Positions 35,380 through 45,091 of a stretch of DNA of 48,782 nt are shown here, in pieces. Below the pieces are notes generated by a model that had not been told where the DNA came from, searched no databases, and was given only the letters and a program-made list of their open reading frames with translations. The DNA comes from Woeseiaceae bacterium. Lineage in GTDB: Bacteria > Pseudomonadota > Gammaproteobacteria > Steroidobacterales > Woeseiaceae. Made by a program: the position numbers and the translations under genes. Numbering within the stretch: position 1 is the stretch's first letter; every line of letters starts with the position of its first letter. The stretch is taken from the NCBI GenBank assembly GCA_028277265.1, contig JANQGP010000213.1:1-48782 (forward strand), in the 5' to 3' direction.

Positions 35380-36752
35380 GAGTTTCGTTCATTCGACCCA
35401 ACATCGGGCGGCTCGTCGACGGACCGTATATTGACGAGGGTCGTATGCAGCCGCTGACGCTCGGCGTGATCGCAGCGTATACACCACCGGATGTCGAGTG
35501 CGTGCTGCACGACGATCGTATGGAGGAGATTCCCTTCGACGACCCGACAGACCTCGTGGCGGTTACCGTGGAGATCTACAATGCCCGGCGTGCCTTCGAG
35601 ATTGCGGCCGAGTACCGCAGGCGCGGTGTGCCGGTAGTCATGGGTGGTTTTCACCCCACGCTGGTTCCGGACGAGTGCCTCGAGCACGCCGATGCGATCG
35701 TGACGGGCGATGCGGAGGAAGTTTGGCCGCAGATCGTAGAGGATGCCCGTGCAGGACGACTGCAAAGGACCTACTCCGGAACGACGGGCGCGCCGCAGCC
35801 GGGCGGCAGACCCGCGCGCCGTGACCTGTTCAAGGGGAAGGGCTACCTGCCGGTTGGTCTCGTCCAGTTCGGCAGGGGTTGCCGCTTCGCGTGCTCGTTC
35901 TGCGCCATATCGACGTTCTTCAATCGCACGCAGTGTGTGCGGCCGGTCGAGGATGTCGTCGCGGAGATCGAGGGCCAGGACCAGAAGCTGATCTTCTTCG
36001 TCGATGACAACCTTGTATCGGATCACGAGCGCGCCAAGGAATTGCTGCGAGCGCTGATTCCGCTGAACATTCGCTGGGTGTCGCAGGGGTCGATCGACAT
36101 GACCGAGGACCCTGAGCTCATGGACCTCATCGAAGCGAGTGGTTGCCAGGGGTTCGTCATCGGATTCGAATCGATGATGCCGGAAAGCGTCAAGAGCATG
36201 CGCAAGGCCTGCAACCTGAGCAAGGTCTACAGTGGCTGGGACCGGTACCAGCGCCAGGTAGACATCCTGCGCAAACACCACTTGCAGACCTGGGCCGCGT
36301 TTACCCTTGGCCACGACACCGATACCCTCGAGTCCATCGCCGAAACCTTGCACTTTGCCGAGGAGTCCAGGTTCTGCTTCGCGGCATTCAATATCCTCAT
36401 GCCGTATCCGAGTACACCGCTGTACGCGAAGCTCGAGGCGGAAAATCGTTTGCTGTGGCGGGGCAAGTGGTGGCTGCACCAGGATTACCGTTTTAATCAC
36501 GCGGCTTTCATACCGAAAAACATGTCGCCCGACGAGCTGACCGAAGCCGTGCTGCGAAACCGTTTACGCTGGAATTCACTGTCGTCGATTTTCAATCGCG
36601 TGTGGGATTTCCAGACACACCTCAACTCGTTCTATCGCCTTGGTACGTACCTCGTCTACAACCGGCTTTACGCCAGGGAAAGCCTGACCAAACAGGGTAT
36701 GTTCTTCGGGAAGTACAGGGGACGCATTCCGGATGTCAGGCAAGCAATCTGA
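35376..36752 (+). CDS. B12-binding domain radical SAM protein (paralog D)
   Basis: GTG start at 35376 (VRVSFIRPNIG) with a GTGA overlap on the paralog C stop. Motifs DLVAVTVEIYNARRAFEIAAEYRRRGVPVVMGGFHPT, GRGCRFACSFCAI and NILMPYPSTPLY...WWLHQD. Confidence 0.88.
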   Translation: MRVSFIRPNIGRLVDGPYIDEGRMQPLTLGVIAAYTPPDVECVLHDDRMEEIPFDDPTDLVAVTVEIYNARRAFEIAAEYRRRGVPVVMGGFHPTLVPDECLEHADAIVTGDAEEVWPQIVEDARAGRLQRTYSGTTGAPQPGGRPARRDLFKGKGYLPVGLVQFGRGCRFACSFCAISTFFNRTQCVRPVEDVVAEIEGQDQKLIFFVDDNLVSDHERAKELLRALIPLNIRWVSQGSIDMTEDPELMDLIEASGCQGFVIGFESMMPESVKSMRKACNLSKVYSGWDRYQRQVDILRKHHLQTWAAFTLGHDTDTLESIAETLHFAEESRFCFAAFNILMPYPSTPLYAKLEAENRLLWRGKWWLHQDYRFNHAAFIPKNMSPDELTEAVLRNRLRWNSLSSIFNRVWDFQTHLNSFYRLGTYLVYNRLYARESLTKQGMFFGKYRGRIPDVRQAI

Positions 36753-36853
36753 TCGCGCGCGGCGCATGCGCAGCGGGCCGTGAACAAGATCAAATACGGC
36801 GACTGGGGGCTCAAGCCCTGCGTCGACGTTATTGAAGGAAGGGAATCAATATC

Positions 36854-37276
36854 ATGAATACAGTGTCAATCCTCAAATTCTGCCTGTGGGTAGCGTGTGC
36901 ATTCCATCTCGTTATCGGTCTCGGACTCAATCTGTTGCCGTCGTTCCCGCAAGTGATGGCGGGCTACTATGGCGCCGAGGTCGAATTCACGCCGCAGTTT
37001 CTCTATATCCTGAAGCCGCTCGGCGCGTTCATGATTGCCGTCGGCATCATGGCTGCCGCTGCCGCGAGGGATCCTCTGAATAATGCGATGATCGTCTACG
37101 CACTCGTCGCGTTGTTCACGATGCGCGCACTGCAGCGCTTCGTATTCCAGGACACGATCGTTTCAGAGCTGTCGATCGAAGCATCGCGCAACATCGTCAA
37201 TGCCATTGTTTTCCTGGCGCTGGCCATGATTTTCGCGGTTCTGTTCAAGACGGCGCAGAATAACGCGGCCACCTGA
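36854..37276 (+). CDS. small 4-TM membrane protein
   Basis: 140 aa with four hydrophobic helices. Starts 101 nt downstream of paralog D on the same strand. The start region is noticeably more AT-rich than its surroundings. No family recognised. Confidence 0.6.
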   Translation: MNTVSILKFCLWVACAFHLVIGLGLNLLPSFPQVMAGYYGAEVEFTPQFLYILKPLGAFMIAVGIMAAAAARDPLNNAMIVYALVALFTMRALQRFVFQDTIVSELSIEASRNIVNAIVFLALAMIFAVLFKTAQNNAAT

Positions 37277-37294
37277 GCGCCGTTCTGTCCGACT

Positions 37295-38521
37295 TCAATC
37301 GCGTGCAAGCTCGTCAGGGTGGTGCACGAGGTCGCCCGGCGCGATCAGCGGTCGTAACACGAACACGATAGTTGTCAGCAGGCCGACGGTTGCCATGATC
37401 AGCACCGCATTTCGCACCGATCCGTCATAAATCGTCGCGCCGATCAGTGCGCCCGTCGCCGCCATGATGTTCTGGAGCGTGCCGAGAATGGACGAAGCGA
37501 CACCGGCGATGCGGGGCAACGGGTCCAGCGCCAGCACGGTCGCGTTCGACATGAGGATGGCGATCGTGAACATGAACTGGCAGACGCTGAACCAAACCCA
37601 CCAGAACGGCGCGGCGTCGAGCCAGGCGATGATGGCAAGCTGGCTGCTTGCCGCAAGTATCAGGCCTACACCCAGACCGATGAGCTGAACCGGGTCGAAT
37701 CGCATGACGAGCCAGCGGTTGGCGGCGGAGCCGGCGAGGATCGAGATTCCCGCACACGCGAAGATCAGGCCGTACTGCCGGATCGAGAAGCCGTAAATCT
37801 CGACGGTCAGCGCCGCCGATACGGCGATGATCGACATGAAGCCGGCTGGCGGCAGGACGATCAGTAACAGGCCGAAGACTGACTGCCGGTGCGAGAAGAA
37901 CTCGCGTATGCTCGAAATCAGTTGCCGCATCGGATGCTCGTTGACGTTCGATACATGCGTCTCCGGGATATTGGCGCGCACGCCGAAGATGATCAGAAAG
38001 CCGCACAGCGCGATCACGATGAACGGTGCTCGCCAGTCCCAGGTCGCTACGAGCAGGGCGCCCAGGGTCGGGGCAACAACGGGCGCTGCGGTGAAGATCA
38101 TCGTCATCAGCGACATCAGGCGCGCGGCGTCCTTGCCCGACGCAACGTCCCGGACGATGGCTCGTGACAAAACGATCGCGGACGCGGCCCCGATGCCCTG
38201 CACGTAGCGCGCGGCGAGCAGGAGTTCCATGTCACTCGCCATCGCGGCAACCGTCGCCGAGATCGCGAAGATGCCGAGACCGACATAGAGCGTCGGAAGG
38301 CGCCCGTATCGGTCGGCAAACAGGCCCGCCGGAATCTGGCCGCAGGCCATGCCGATCATGAAGACACCCACGATCTTCTGGCCGCGCTGCACGGTCGTGC
38401 CGAGCGCCTCGACCATCGCGGGTATTGCGGGCAGGCTGAGGTCTATGGTCAGCGCCGCCACGGCAGTCAGCAAGCCGAGCGTGATCACGAAGCGCTTGCG
38501 GTGGGCGAGGTCGGTGTTCAA
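37295..38521 (-). CDS. MFS drug/proton antiporter, Bcr/CflA (DHA1) type
   Basis: 408 aa with 12 TM helices. Loop 2-3 motif GLFADRYGRLPT and the N-terminal TLGLLTAVAALTIDLSLPAIP are typical of the Bcr/CflA subfamily. Confidence 0.8.
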   Translation of the reverse strand: MNTDLAHRKRFVITLGLLTAVAALTIDLSLPAIPAMVEALGTTVQRGQKIVGVFMIGMACGQIPAGLFADRYGRLPTLYVGLGIFAISATVAAMASDMELLLAARYVQGIGAASAIVLSRAIVRDVASGKDAARLMSLMTMIFTAAPVVAPTLGALLVATWDWRAPFIVIALCGFLIIFGVRANIPETHVSNVNEHPMRQLISSIREFFSHRQSVFGLLLIVLPPAGFMSIIAVSAALTVEIYGFSIRQYGLIFACAGISILAGSAANRWLVMRFDPVQLIGLGVGLILAASSQLAIIAWLDAAPFWWVWFSVCQFMFTIAILMSNATVLALDPLPRIAGVASSILGTLQNIMAATGALIGATIYDGSVRNAVLIMATVGLLTTIVFVLRPLIAPGDLVHHPDELARD

Positions 38522-38541
38522 CGGGCGTGCTGCCGCAGGAT

Positions 38542-39744
38542 CTAAGGGGCCGTAGTGTGCCCGTCCGTCAGTAACTCCGCCAGTTGCGGCGTTCCGAGCC
38601 AGTAGGCCAGCTCGCGCGGATGACCGATCTCCCAGATGGCCAGGTCGGCGCGTTTACCCACTTCGACGGTGCCACGATCGTCGAGTCCCAGCGCACGTGC
38701 AGCCTCGCGCGTGGCGCCGGCGAGGCATTCCTCCGGTGTCAGCCGGAACAGTCGGGCGGCGAGCATCATTGCGTTCCGAATGCTGCATATCGGTGACGTG
38801 CCGGGATTGCAGTCGGACGCCACCGCCATCGGCACGCCTGCGCCGCGCAATGAATCGACGGGAGGAACCTGTTTCTCGCCCAGCGTCAGGAACGCGCCGG
38901 GCAGGAGCACGGCCACGGCACCGGCGCGAGCCATCGACCTGACGCCGTCGGCGGAGGCGTACTCGAGATGATCGGCCGACAGGGCGCCGAACCCCGCGGC
39001 AAGGGCGGCGCCGCCGGAATCGCTCAGTTGATCGGCGTGCAGTTTGACCGGGAGGCCGAGTTCCGTAGCGCGCGCGAATACCCTTGCCACCTGACTGGTG
39101 GAGAAGGCGATGGACTCACAATACGCGTCGACGGCATCCGCCAGCCGTCCGGCAACGACTTCGGGCAGTAACTCATCGCAGATCAGGTCGACATAGCCGT
39201 CCGGATCGTCCGCAAACTCAGGTGGCACGGTGTGGGCGGCCAGCAGCGTCGTACGAATCGTCGCGCCGCTCGCCTCGCCGAGCCGTCGCGCCACCGACAG
39301 CATCTTGAGTTCACTGTCAATGTCGAGTCCGTAGCCCGACTTGATCTCGATCGTTCCCGTGCCCTCGGCCTGCAAGGCGAGAACGCGAGGTAATGCCGCG
39401 GCGTAGAGTTCGTCGGCGGAGGCTCGTCGCGTCGCCCTGACCGTCGACATGATGCCGCCACCGGCTCGGGCGATGTCCTCGTAACTCTCGCCACGCAACC
39501 GACGTTCGAATTCCCCGGAGCGGTCGCCGGCGAACACGAGATGCGTGTGGCAGTCGATCAGCGCGGGCGTGACCCAGCGGCCGCCCAAGGATCGGCGCTC
39601 GGTCGCTTCGATACCGGGCAGGTCGGCCAGCGGACCGAGCCAGGCGATCCTGCCGCCTTCGATTGCGATCGCGGCGTCGTCGACGACGCCGTAGTCAGGC
39701 CCGGCCATGGTCGCAATGCTCAGATTGGTCAGCAGCAGGTCCAT
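38542..39744 (-). CDS. hutI: imidazolonepropionase
   Basis: Start taken at ATG 39744 (MDLLLTNLSIATMAG), which aligns with known HutI N-termini; the ORF-track start is 39762. Motifs LIDCHTHLVFAGDRSGEFERRL and ARAGGGI. Confidence 0.92.
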   Translation of the reverse strand: MDLLLTNLSIATMAGPDYGVVDDAAIAIEGGRIAWLGPLADLPGIEATERRSLGGRWVTPALIDCHTHLVFAGDRSGEFERRLRGESYEDIARAGGGIMSTVRATRRASADELYAAALPRVLALQAEGTGTIEIKSGYGLDIDSELKMLSVARRLGEASGATIRTTLLAAHTVPPEFADDPDGYVDLICDELLPEVVAGRLADAVDAYCESIAFSTSQVARVFARATELGLPVKLHADQLSDSGGAALAAGFGALSADHLEYASADGVRSMARAGAVAVLLPGAFLTLGEKQVPPVDSLRGAGVPMAVASDCNPGTSPICSIRNAMMLAARLFRLTPEECLAGATREAARALGLDDRGTVEVGKRADLAIWEIGHPRELAYWLGTPQLAELLTDGHTTAP

Positions 39745-39771
39745 TGCATCGCACGGTATCATGCACTAACC

Positions 39772-39781
39772 TGTATATACA
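39772..39781. promoter_or_regulatory. HutC operator candidate: perfect palindrome TGTATATACA (TGTA-N2-TACA)
   Basis: A 10-bp perfect palindrome read from the sequence. It sits in the 53-bp divergent hutI/hutF intergenic region, and a hutC repressor gene lies in the same locus. It matches the TGTA-N2-TACA HutC site reported for Pseudomonas. Confidence 0.65.
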
Positions 39782-39797
39782 ACTTGAGGGGTCGTGA

Positions 39798-41150
39798 ATG
39801 ACAACGCTGTTTGCCCGCAAAGCCCTGCTTCCGGACGGATGGACCGACCGCGTCCGACTGCACGTCGATGGCGGGCGCATCGCGAAGGTCGAGGCCGGCG
39901 TCGACGCCGAGTCGGGCGATGAATCGCTGGGTTGTGTCATCCCGGGTCTTTGCAATGCGCACAGCCATGCGTTTCAGCGCGCACTGGCCGGCCACACCGA
40001 GCAGCGTTCGCCGGCCGGACGGGACAGTTTCTGGACCTGGCGCGAGAAGATGTATGAGCTCGCCGGGCGCGTCGGTGCGTCTGCACTGACGGCCATCGCC
40101 CGCCAGGCCTATTGCGAGATGCTGCGCTCGGGCTACACGTCGGTTGCCGAATTTCACTACCTGCATCGTGACCCCACCGATGGCGATGCCGTCGACACGA
40201 TGTTCGACGCGATCGTGACGGCGGCGCGCGACAGCGGCATACGCCTGACCTATCTGCCGGTGCACTACGAACGCGCCGGCTTCGAAGCACCGGAGCCGAC
40301 CGAGCGCCAGGCCGGCTTCGCCATGTCGGTGGATGAATTCCTGGCGCATCTCGATCGCGCCGCCGGGCGCTGTGCCGGGCGCATCAGCCTCGGCGTCGGG
40401 GCACACAGCCTGCGCGCCGTCAGTGCGACGTCGTTGCAGCGAATCGTCGACGTTGCCTCGCGGGACGGCTTACCGATGCACCTGCACATTGCCGAACAGC
40501 GGCGCGAGGTCGATGAGTGTCTGGCGTCGTACGGACTGCGGCCTGTCGAGTGGCTGCTCGACAGCTTTGACGTCGGAGATGACTGGAGCCTCGTTCATGC
40601 GACCCACATGAACGTCGAGGAGACCGAGGCGCTGGCAGTGTCGGGCGCTGTCGCCGTGCTCTGTCCGAGTACCGAGGCCAACCTCGGCGACGGCCTGTTT
40701 CCGTTGCATGATTTCCTGGCCGCCGGCGGTCACATTGCGATCGGCTCGGACAGTCACGTTTCGATAAACCCCTTCGAGGAGCTTCGCTGGCTCGAGTACG
40801 GGCAACGACTCGCGACACAGACACGTAACGTCGTATCGCTGCGTGAAGGCCATGTCGGCAGCGAGCTGTTCGCGCGCGCGCTCGAAGGCGGCGCACGCGC
40901 GAGCGGGCAGGAGACGGTCGGCCTTGGCGTCGGCGCACCCGCCGATCTTGTCGCGCTTGGCGACGACGATCCGATGTTCGCCGGCCACGACGACGATTCG
41001 CGGCTCGATGCCCTCGTGTTTTCCGGTTATCCGCTGCCCATCGAACGCGTGATGGTAGACGGCTGTTGGCGTGTCGAGGACGGCGTTCACGTCGATCGTG
41101 ATCGCGCGCGCGATGCATTCATCACGACGCTGGAGCGAATCGGGTCATGA
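39798..41150 (+). CDS. hutF: formimidoylglutamate deiminase
   Basis: 450 aa amidohydrolase. Motifs PGLCNAHSHAFQRALAG and HLHIAEQRREV. Located in the hut locus together with hutG. Confidence 0.9.
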   Translation: MTTLFARKALLPDGWTDRVRLHVDGGRIAKVEAGVDAESGDESLGCVIPGLCNAHSHAFQRALAGHTEQRSPAGRDSFWTWREKMYELAGRVGASALTAIARQAYCEMLRSGYTSVAEFHYLHRDPTDGDAVDTMFDAIVTAARDSGIRLTYLPVHYERAGFEAPEPTERQAGFAMSVDEFLAHLDRAAGRCAGRISLGVGAHSLRAVSATSLQRIVDVASRDGLPMHLHIAEQRREVDECLASYGLRPVEWLLDSFDVGDDWSLVHATHMNVEETEALAVSGAVAVLCPSTEANLGDGLFPLHDFLAAGGHIAIGSDSHVSINPFEELRWLEYGQRLATQTRNVVSLREGHVGSELFARALEGGARASGQETVGLGVGAPADLVALGDDDPMFAGHDDDSRLDALVFSGYPLPIERVMVDGCWRVEDGVHVDRDRARDAFITTLERIGS

Positions 41151-41911
41151 ATACGGGCAAGCCGCGTTACCAGCAGCTCAAGGACCTGATCATCGGGCGC
41201 ATCTCGAGCGGCGAGCTTCGTCCGGCCGATCGTGTACCGTCGGAAAACGAGCTCGTCGAGTCGATGAACGTATCGCGCATGACGGCAAATCGTGCGCTGC
41301 GCGAACTTCACGACGAGGGCTACGTCGAGCGTATCGCAGGGCGCGGCACGTTCGTCTCGGACTTTCGCTCGCAGTCGCACTTGCTGGAAGTCAAGAGCAT
41401 TGCCGACGAGATCGCGGGTCGCGGCCACACGCACACGAGCGAAGTCGTCCGGCAGTCGCGGCAGCACGCGCGCGGCGAGGTAGCCAGGGCACTGCATGTC
41501 GAGCAAGGCAACGACGTTTTTCACCTGTTGCTCGTGCATTACGAGAACGGCGCGCCGGTCCAGGTCGAGGACCGGCACGTGCTGGCAAGCTTTGCGCCGC
41601 GGTGCCTGGAGCAGGATTTCCGGCGAGTGACACCGAGCGCCTACCTGACATCGGTCGCGCCGTTGCAGGAGGCTGAGCAGGTCGTTCGTGCCGCCATGCC
41701 GAACGCTGCTGTCAGGCAGCGGCTCAACATGGCAGAGGGCGAGCCGGCGCTCGTCGTGATCCGTCGCACCTGGTCGAAGGGGAGGCCCGTGACGTTCTCG
41801 CGTCTTCATCACCCCGGCAGCCGTTACGAGTTGACCGCGCACTACACACCACCCGGCACATCGCGTTCGGCGTCGCCCGACGTCGTGCAACTGGAGCAGT
41901 TGAGACAATGA
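41147..41911 (+). CDS. hutC: histidine utilization repressor (GntR/HutC family)
   Basis: The winged [43 protein letters not shown] is followed by a UTRA-type effector domain. ATGA overlaps on both sides. Confidence 0.92.
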   Translation: MNTGKPRYQQLKDLIIGRISSGELRPADRVPSENELVESMNVSRMTANRALRELHDEGYVERIAGRGTFVSDFRSQSHLLEVKSIADEIAGRGHTHTSEVVRQSRQHARGEVARALHVEQGNDVFHLLLVHYENGAPVQVEDRHVLASFAPRCLEQDFRRVTPSAYLTSVAPLQEAEQVVRAAMPNAAVRQRLNMAEGEPALVVIRRTWSKGRPVTFSRLHHPGSRYELTAHYTPPGTSRSASPDVVQLEQLRQ

Positions 41912-43560
41912 GCAGAACGATCAAAGCCCCGACGGGCACCGCGTTGCAGGCCAGGAGCTGGCTGACCGAAGCGCCGCTCAGGATGCTGATGAACAACCTC
42001 GATCCGCAGGTCGCGGAGCGGCCGCAGGATCTCGTCGTCTACGGCGGCATCGGCAAGGCCGCGCGCAACTGGGAGTGCTTCGACAGGATCGTGGAGACGC
42101 TGCGCACGCTCGAAGACGACGAGACGCTGCTCGTCCAGTCCGGTAAACCGGTCGGTGTCTTCAGGACGCACGCCGACGCGCCACGCGTCCTGATCGCCAA
42201 TTCGAATCTCGTTCCGGCCTGGGCAAACTGGGAGCACTTCCGCGAGCTGGATCGCAAGGGCCTGATGATGTACGGGCAGATGACGGCGGGTTCGTGGATT
42301 TACATCGGCAGCCAGGGCATCGTCCAGGGGACTTATGAGACGTTCGCCGAGATGGGTCGCCAGCATTACGGCGGCGACCTTTCAGGGCGCTGGATCCTGA
42401 CGGCCGGCCTCGGCGGCATGGGCGGCGCGCAGCCGCTGGCCGCCACGATGGCGGGCGCATCGATGCTGGCTGTCGAATGTCAGCCCGATCGCATCCGGAT
42501 GCGACTGGATACCGGCTATCTCGACAAGTCGGTGGAAACGGTCGACGACGCGCTCGCGATCATCGAGGAGGCCGTCGCGGCCAAAAAGGCGATCTCGGTC
42601 GGGTTGCTGGGCAACGCCGCCGAAGTCCTGCCCGAGCTGGTCAGGCGCGGCGTCCGGCCGGATGCCGTGACGGACCAGACGTCGGCGCACGATCCGGCCA
42701 ACGGGTACCTACCGATCGGCTGGACGGTCGACGAGTGGATCGAAAAGCGCGAAAGCGATCCCGACGGCGTGGTCGCCGAGGCGACGAAGTCGATGGCGAT
42801 CCATGTCGGGGCGATGCTCGAGTTCCGGGCGCAGGGCATCCCGACGTTCGACTACGGCAACAACATCCGGCAGGTCGCATTCGACGAAGGGGTCGAAAAC
42901 GCGTTCGACTTCCCGGGATTCGTGCCGGCGTACGTCCGCCCGCTGTTCTGTCGGGGTGTCGGCCCGTTCCGCTGGGCGGCGCTGTCGGGGGATCCCGAGG
43001 ACATCTACAGGACCGATGCCAGGGTGAAGGCGTTGATCCCGGACGATCCGCACCTTCACCAGTGGCTCGATGCCGCGCGCGAGCGCATTCACTTTCAGGG
43101 CCTGCCGTCCCGGATCTGCTGGGTCGGCCTCGGCCAGCGCGACAGACTCGGCCTCGCGTTCAATGAGATGGTGCGTAACGGCGAGCTCGAGGCGCCCGTC
43201 GTGATCGGGCGCGATCATCTCGACAGCGGTTCGGTCGCGAGCCCGAATCGCGAGACCGAGTCGATGCTCGACGGCAGCGATGCGGTATCCGACTGGGCAT
43301 TGCTCAACGCGCTGCTCAGCACTGCCGGCGGCGCGACCTGGGTATCGCTCCACCACGGCGGCGGCGTCGGTATGGGTTACTCGCAACACGCCGGCCTCGT
43401 CATCGTTTGCGATGGCACCGAAGCGGCAGACAGGCGCATTGCCCGTGTCCTGTGGAACGATCCGGCCAGTGGTGTGATGCGGCACGCCGACGCGGGTTAC
43501 GACATCGCAATCGACTGCGCCCGCGAGCACGGTCTCAACCTGCCGATGGCGGAGTCGTGA
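41908..43560 (+). CDS. hutU: urocanate hydratase
   Basis: 550 aa. Motifs [26 protein letters not shown] and RVLWNDP. Confidence 0.95.
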   Translation: MSRTIKAPTGTALQARSWLTEAPLRMLMNNLDPQVAERPQDLVVYGGIGKAARNWECFDRIVETLRTLEDDETLLVQSGKPVGVFRTHADAPRVLIANSNLVPAWANWEHFRELDRKGLMMYGQMTAGSWIYIGSQGIVQGTYETFAEMGRQHYGGDLSGRWILTAGLGGMGGAQPLAATMAGASMLAVECQPDRIRMRLDTGYLDKSVETVDDALAIIEEAVAAKKAISVGLLGNAAEVLPELVRRGVRPDAVTDQTSAHDPANGYLPIGWTVDEWIEKRESDPDGVVAEATKSMAIHVGAMLEFRAQGIPTFDYGNNIRQVAFDEGVENAFDFPGFVPAYVRPLFCRGVGPFRWAALSGDPEDIYRTDARVKALIPDDPHLHQWLDAARERIHFQGLPSRICWVGLGQRDRLGLAFNEMVRNGELEAPVVIGRDHLDSGSVASPNRETESMLDGSDAVSDWALLNALLSTAGGATWVSLHHGGGVGMGYSQHAGLVIVCDGTEAADRRIARVLWNDPASGVMRHADAGYDIAIDCAREHGLNLPMAES

Positions 43561-43561
43561 C

Positions 43562-45091
43562 ATGAGTCTCACGATAAACAGACAGCTGATAATGCTGCGC
43601 GAGTTGCGCCTTGCGTGGCTCGAACCGCTTACGGTGACGCTCGGCGACGATGCACGACGCGCCATCGCCGAGTCGCAGGAGCTGATCGACGACATCGTGG
43701 CCCACGGCGAAACGGTCTACGGCGTAAACACGGGTTTTGGACGGCTGGCCTCGGTCAATGTCAGTGATGACGAACTCGCGCACCTGCAGGAAAACCTCGT
43801 GCGCTCGCACGCGGTTGGCGTCGGCGAGGATCTCGACGACGATACCGTCCGGCTCATCATGCTGATGAAAGTGATCGCCCTGGCGGAGGGCTTTTCGGGC
43901 GTTCGTCTCGAGCTCGTCGACACCATGTGCGCGCTGATCAACGCCAACATCTACCCTCGGATTCCGTCGCGCGGCTCGGTCGGTGCGTCCGGCGATCTTG
44001 CACCTCTCGCTCACCTGGCAGGGGCATTGATCGGTATCGGCGAAGTCCGCGTCAACGGCAACCTGGTACCCGCATCGATCGCGCTTCGCGACGCCGGCAT
44101 CAGGCCTGTCAGGCTGGCGCCGAAGGAAGGGCTCGCGCTGCTCAACGGCACGCAGGTATCGACAGCGTTGGCGCTGGGAGCCGTGTTCCGTACCGAAAAC
44201 GTGCTCTCGGCCGCACTCATGGCGGGCGCGATGTCGTCGGATGCCGTCAAGGGCAGCGATACACCGTTCGATCGACGCATCCAGAGTGTGCGCGGCCACG
44301 GTGGCCAGACTGCCGTCGCGGCGGTGCTCCGCGATCTGATGCATGGCAGCGAAATCAGGGCATCCCATATCGGTTGCGATCGCGTCCAGGATCCGTACTC
44401 GATTCGCTGCCAGCCGCAGGTTATCGGCGCGTGTCTCGACGTGCTTCGCCACGTCTGCAAGGTGCTGGAGACCGAGGCAAACGCCGTCACCGACAATCCG
44501 CTCGTGTTTACCGATTCCGGTACCATTCTGTCGGGCGGCAACTTTCACGCCGAGCCGGTCGCCCTGGCGGCTGACTACCTGGCGCTCGCGATTGCCGAGA
44601 TAGGCGCGCTCTCGGAGCGGCGGATCGCGCTGCTGATCGACGAAAACCTGAGCGGCCTGCCCGCGTTTCTCGTCCGGGACGGCGGGCTGAACAGCGGTTT
44701 CATGATGGCGCAGGTCACGGCCGCGGCGCTCGCGTCCGAGAACAAGTCGCACGCACATCCGGCCAGCGTGGACAGCCTGCCGACGTCGGCGAACCAGGAA
44801 GACCACGTCAGCATGGCGACCTACGCGGCCAGGCGCCTGCACACGATGCTCGACAACGTTGCCGACATCGTTGCCATCGAGTTGCTCGCCGCGGCGCAGG
44901 GCATCCATTTCCATTACCCCGAGAAGAGCTCGCCGCCAATCGACGACGTCATCGCGGCCATCCGCGAAATCTCCCCCTTGTACGAACAGGATCGCTCGCT
45001 GTCGTCGGACATTCGCCGCATCGCCGCGACGATCGACAACGGCGAGTACTGCCGCTACGCCGAGTCCGTGCTGCCGAGTTTCTCACGATGA
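43562..45091 (+). CDS. hutH: histidine ammonia-lyase
   Basis: 509 aa. MIO-forming motif GSVGASGDLAPLAHL, plus NPLVF and SANQEDHVSM. Confidence 0.95.
   Translation: MSLTINRQLIMLRELRLAWLEPLTVTLGDDARRAIAESQELIDDIVAHGETVYGVNTGFGRLASVNVSDDELAHLQENLVRSHAVGVGEDLDDDTVRLIMLMKVIALAEGFSGVRLELVDTMCALINANIYPRIPSRGSVGASGDLAPLAHLAGALIGIGEVRVNGNLVPASIALRDAGIRPVRLAPKEGLALLNGTQVSTALALGAVFRTENVLSAALMAGAMSSDAVKGSDTPFDRRIQSVRGHGGQTAVAAVLRDLMHGSEIRASHIGCDRVQDPYSIRCQPQVIGACLDVLRHVCKVLETEANAVTDNPLVFTDSGTILSGGNFHAEPVALAADYLALAIAEIGALSERRIALLIDENLSGLPAFLVRDGGLNSGFMMAQVTAAALASENKSHAHPASVDSLPTSANQEDHVSMATYAARRLHTMLDNVADIVAIELLAAAQGIHFHYPEKSSPPIDDVIAAIREISPLYEQDRSLSSDIRRIAATIDNGEYCRYAESVLPSFSR

Noticed and set aside
36762-36771. 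GCGCATGCGC, a 10-bp perfect palindrome immediately after the rSAM-D stop, considered as a possible terminator.
   Set aside because: As RNA it leaves essentially no loop, giving a stem of only ~3 bp around CAUG, and it has no U-tract. In GC-rich DNA such short palindromes are expected by chance.
43535-44914. 459-aa minus-strand ORF antisense to hutH, and 42709-43695 antisense to hutU.
   Set aside because: Same reasoning. hutH and hutU carry diagnostic motifs (ASG MIO triad, [10 protein letters not shown]), and the antisense products are Arg/Asp-rich with no recognisable domain.
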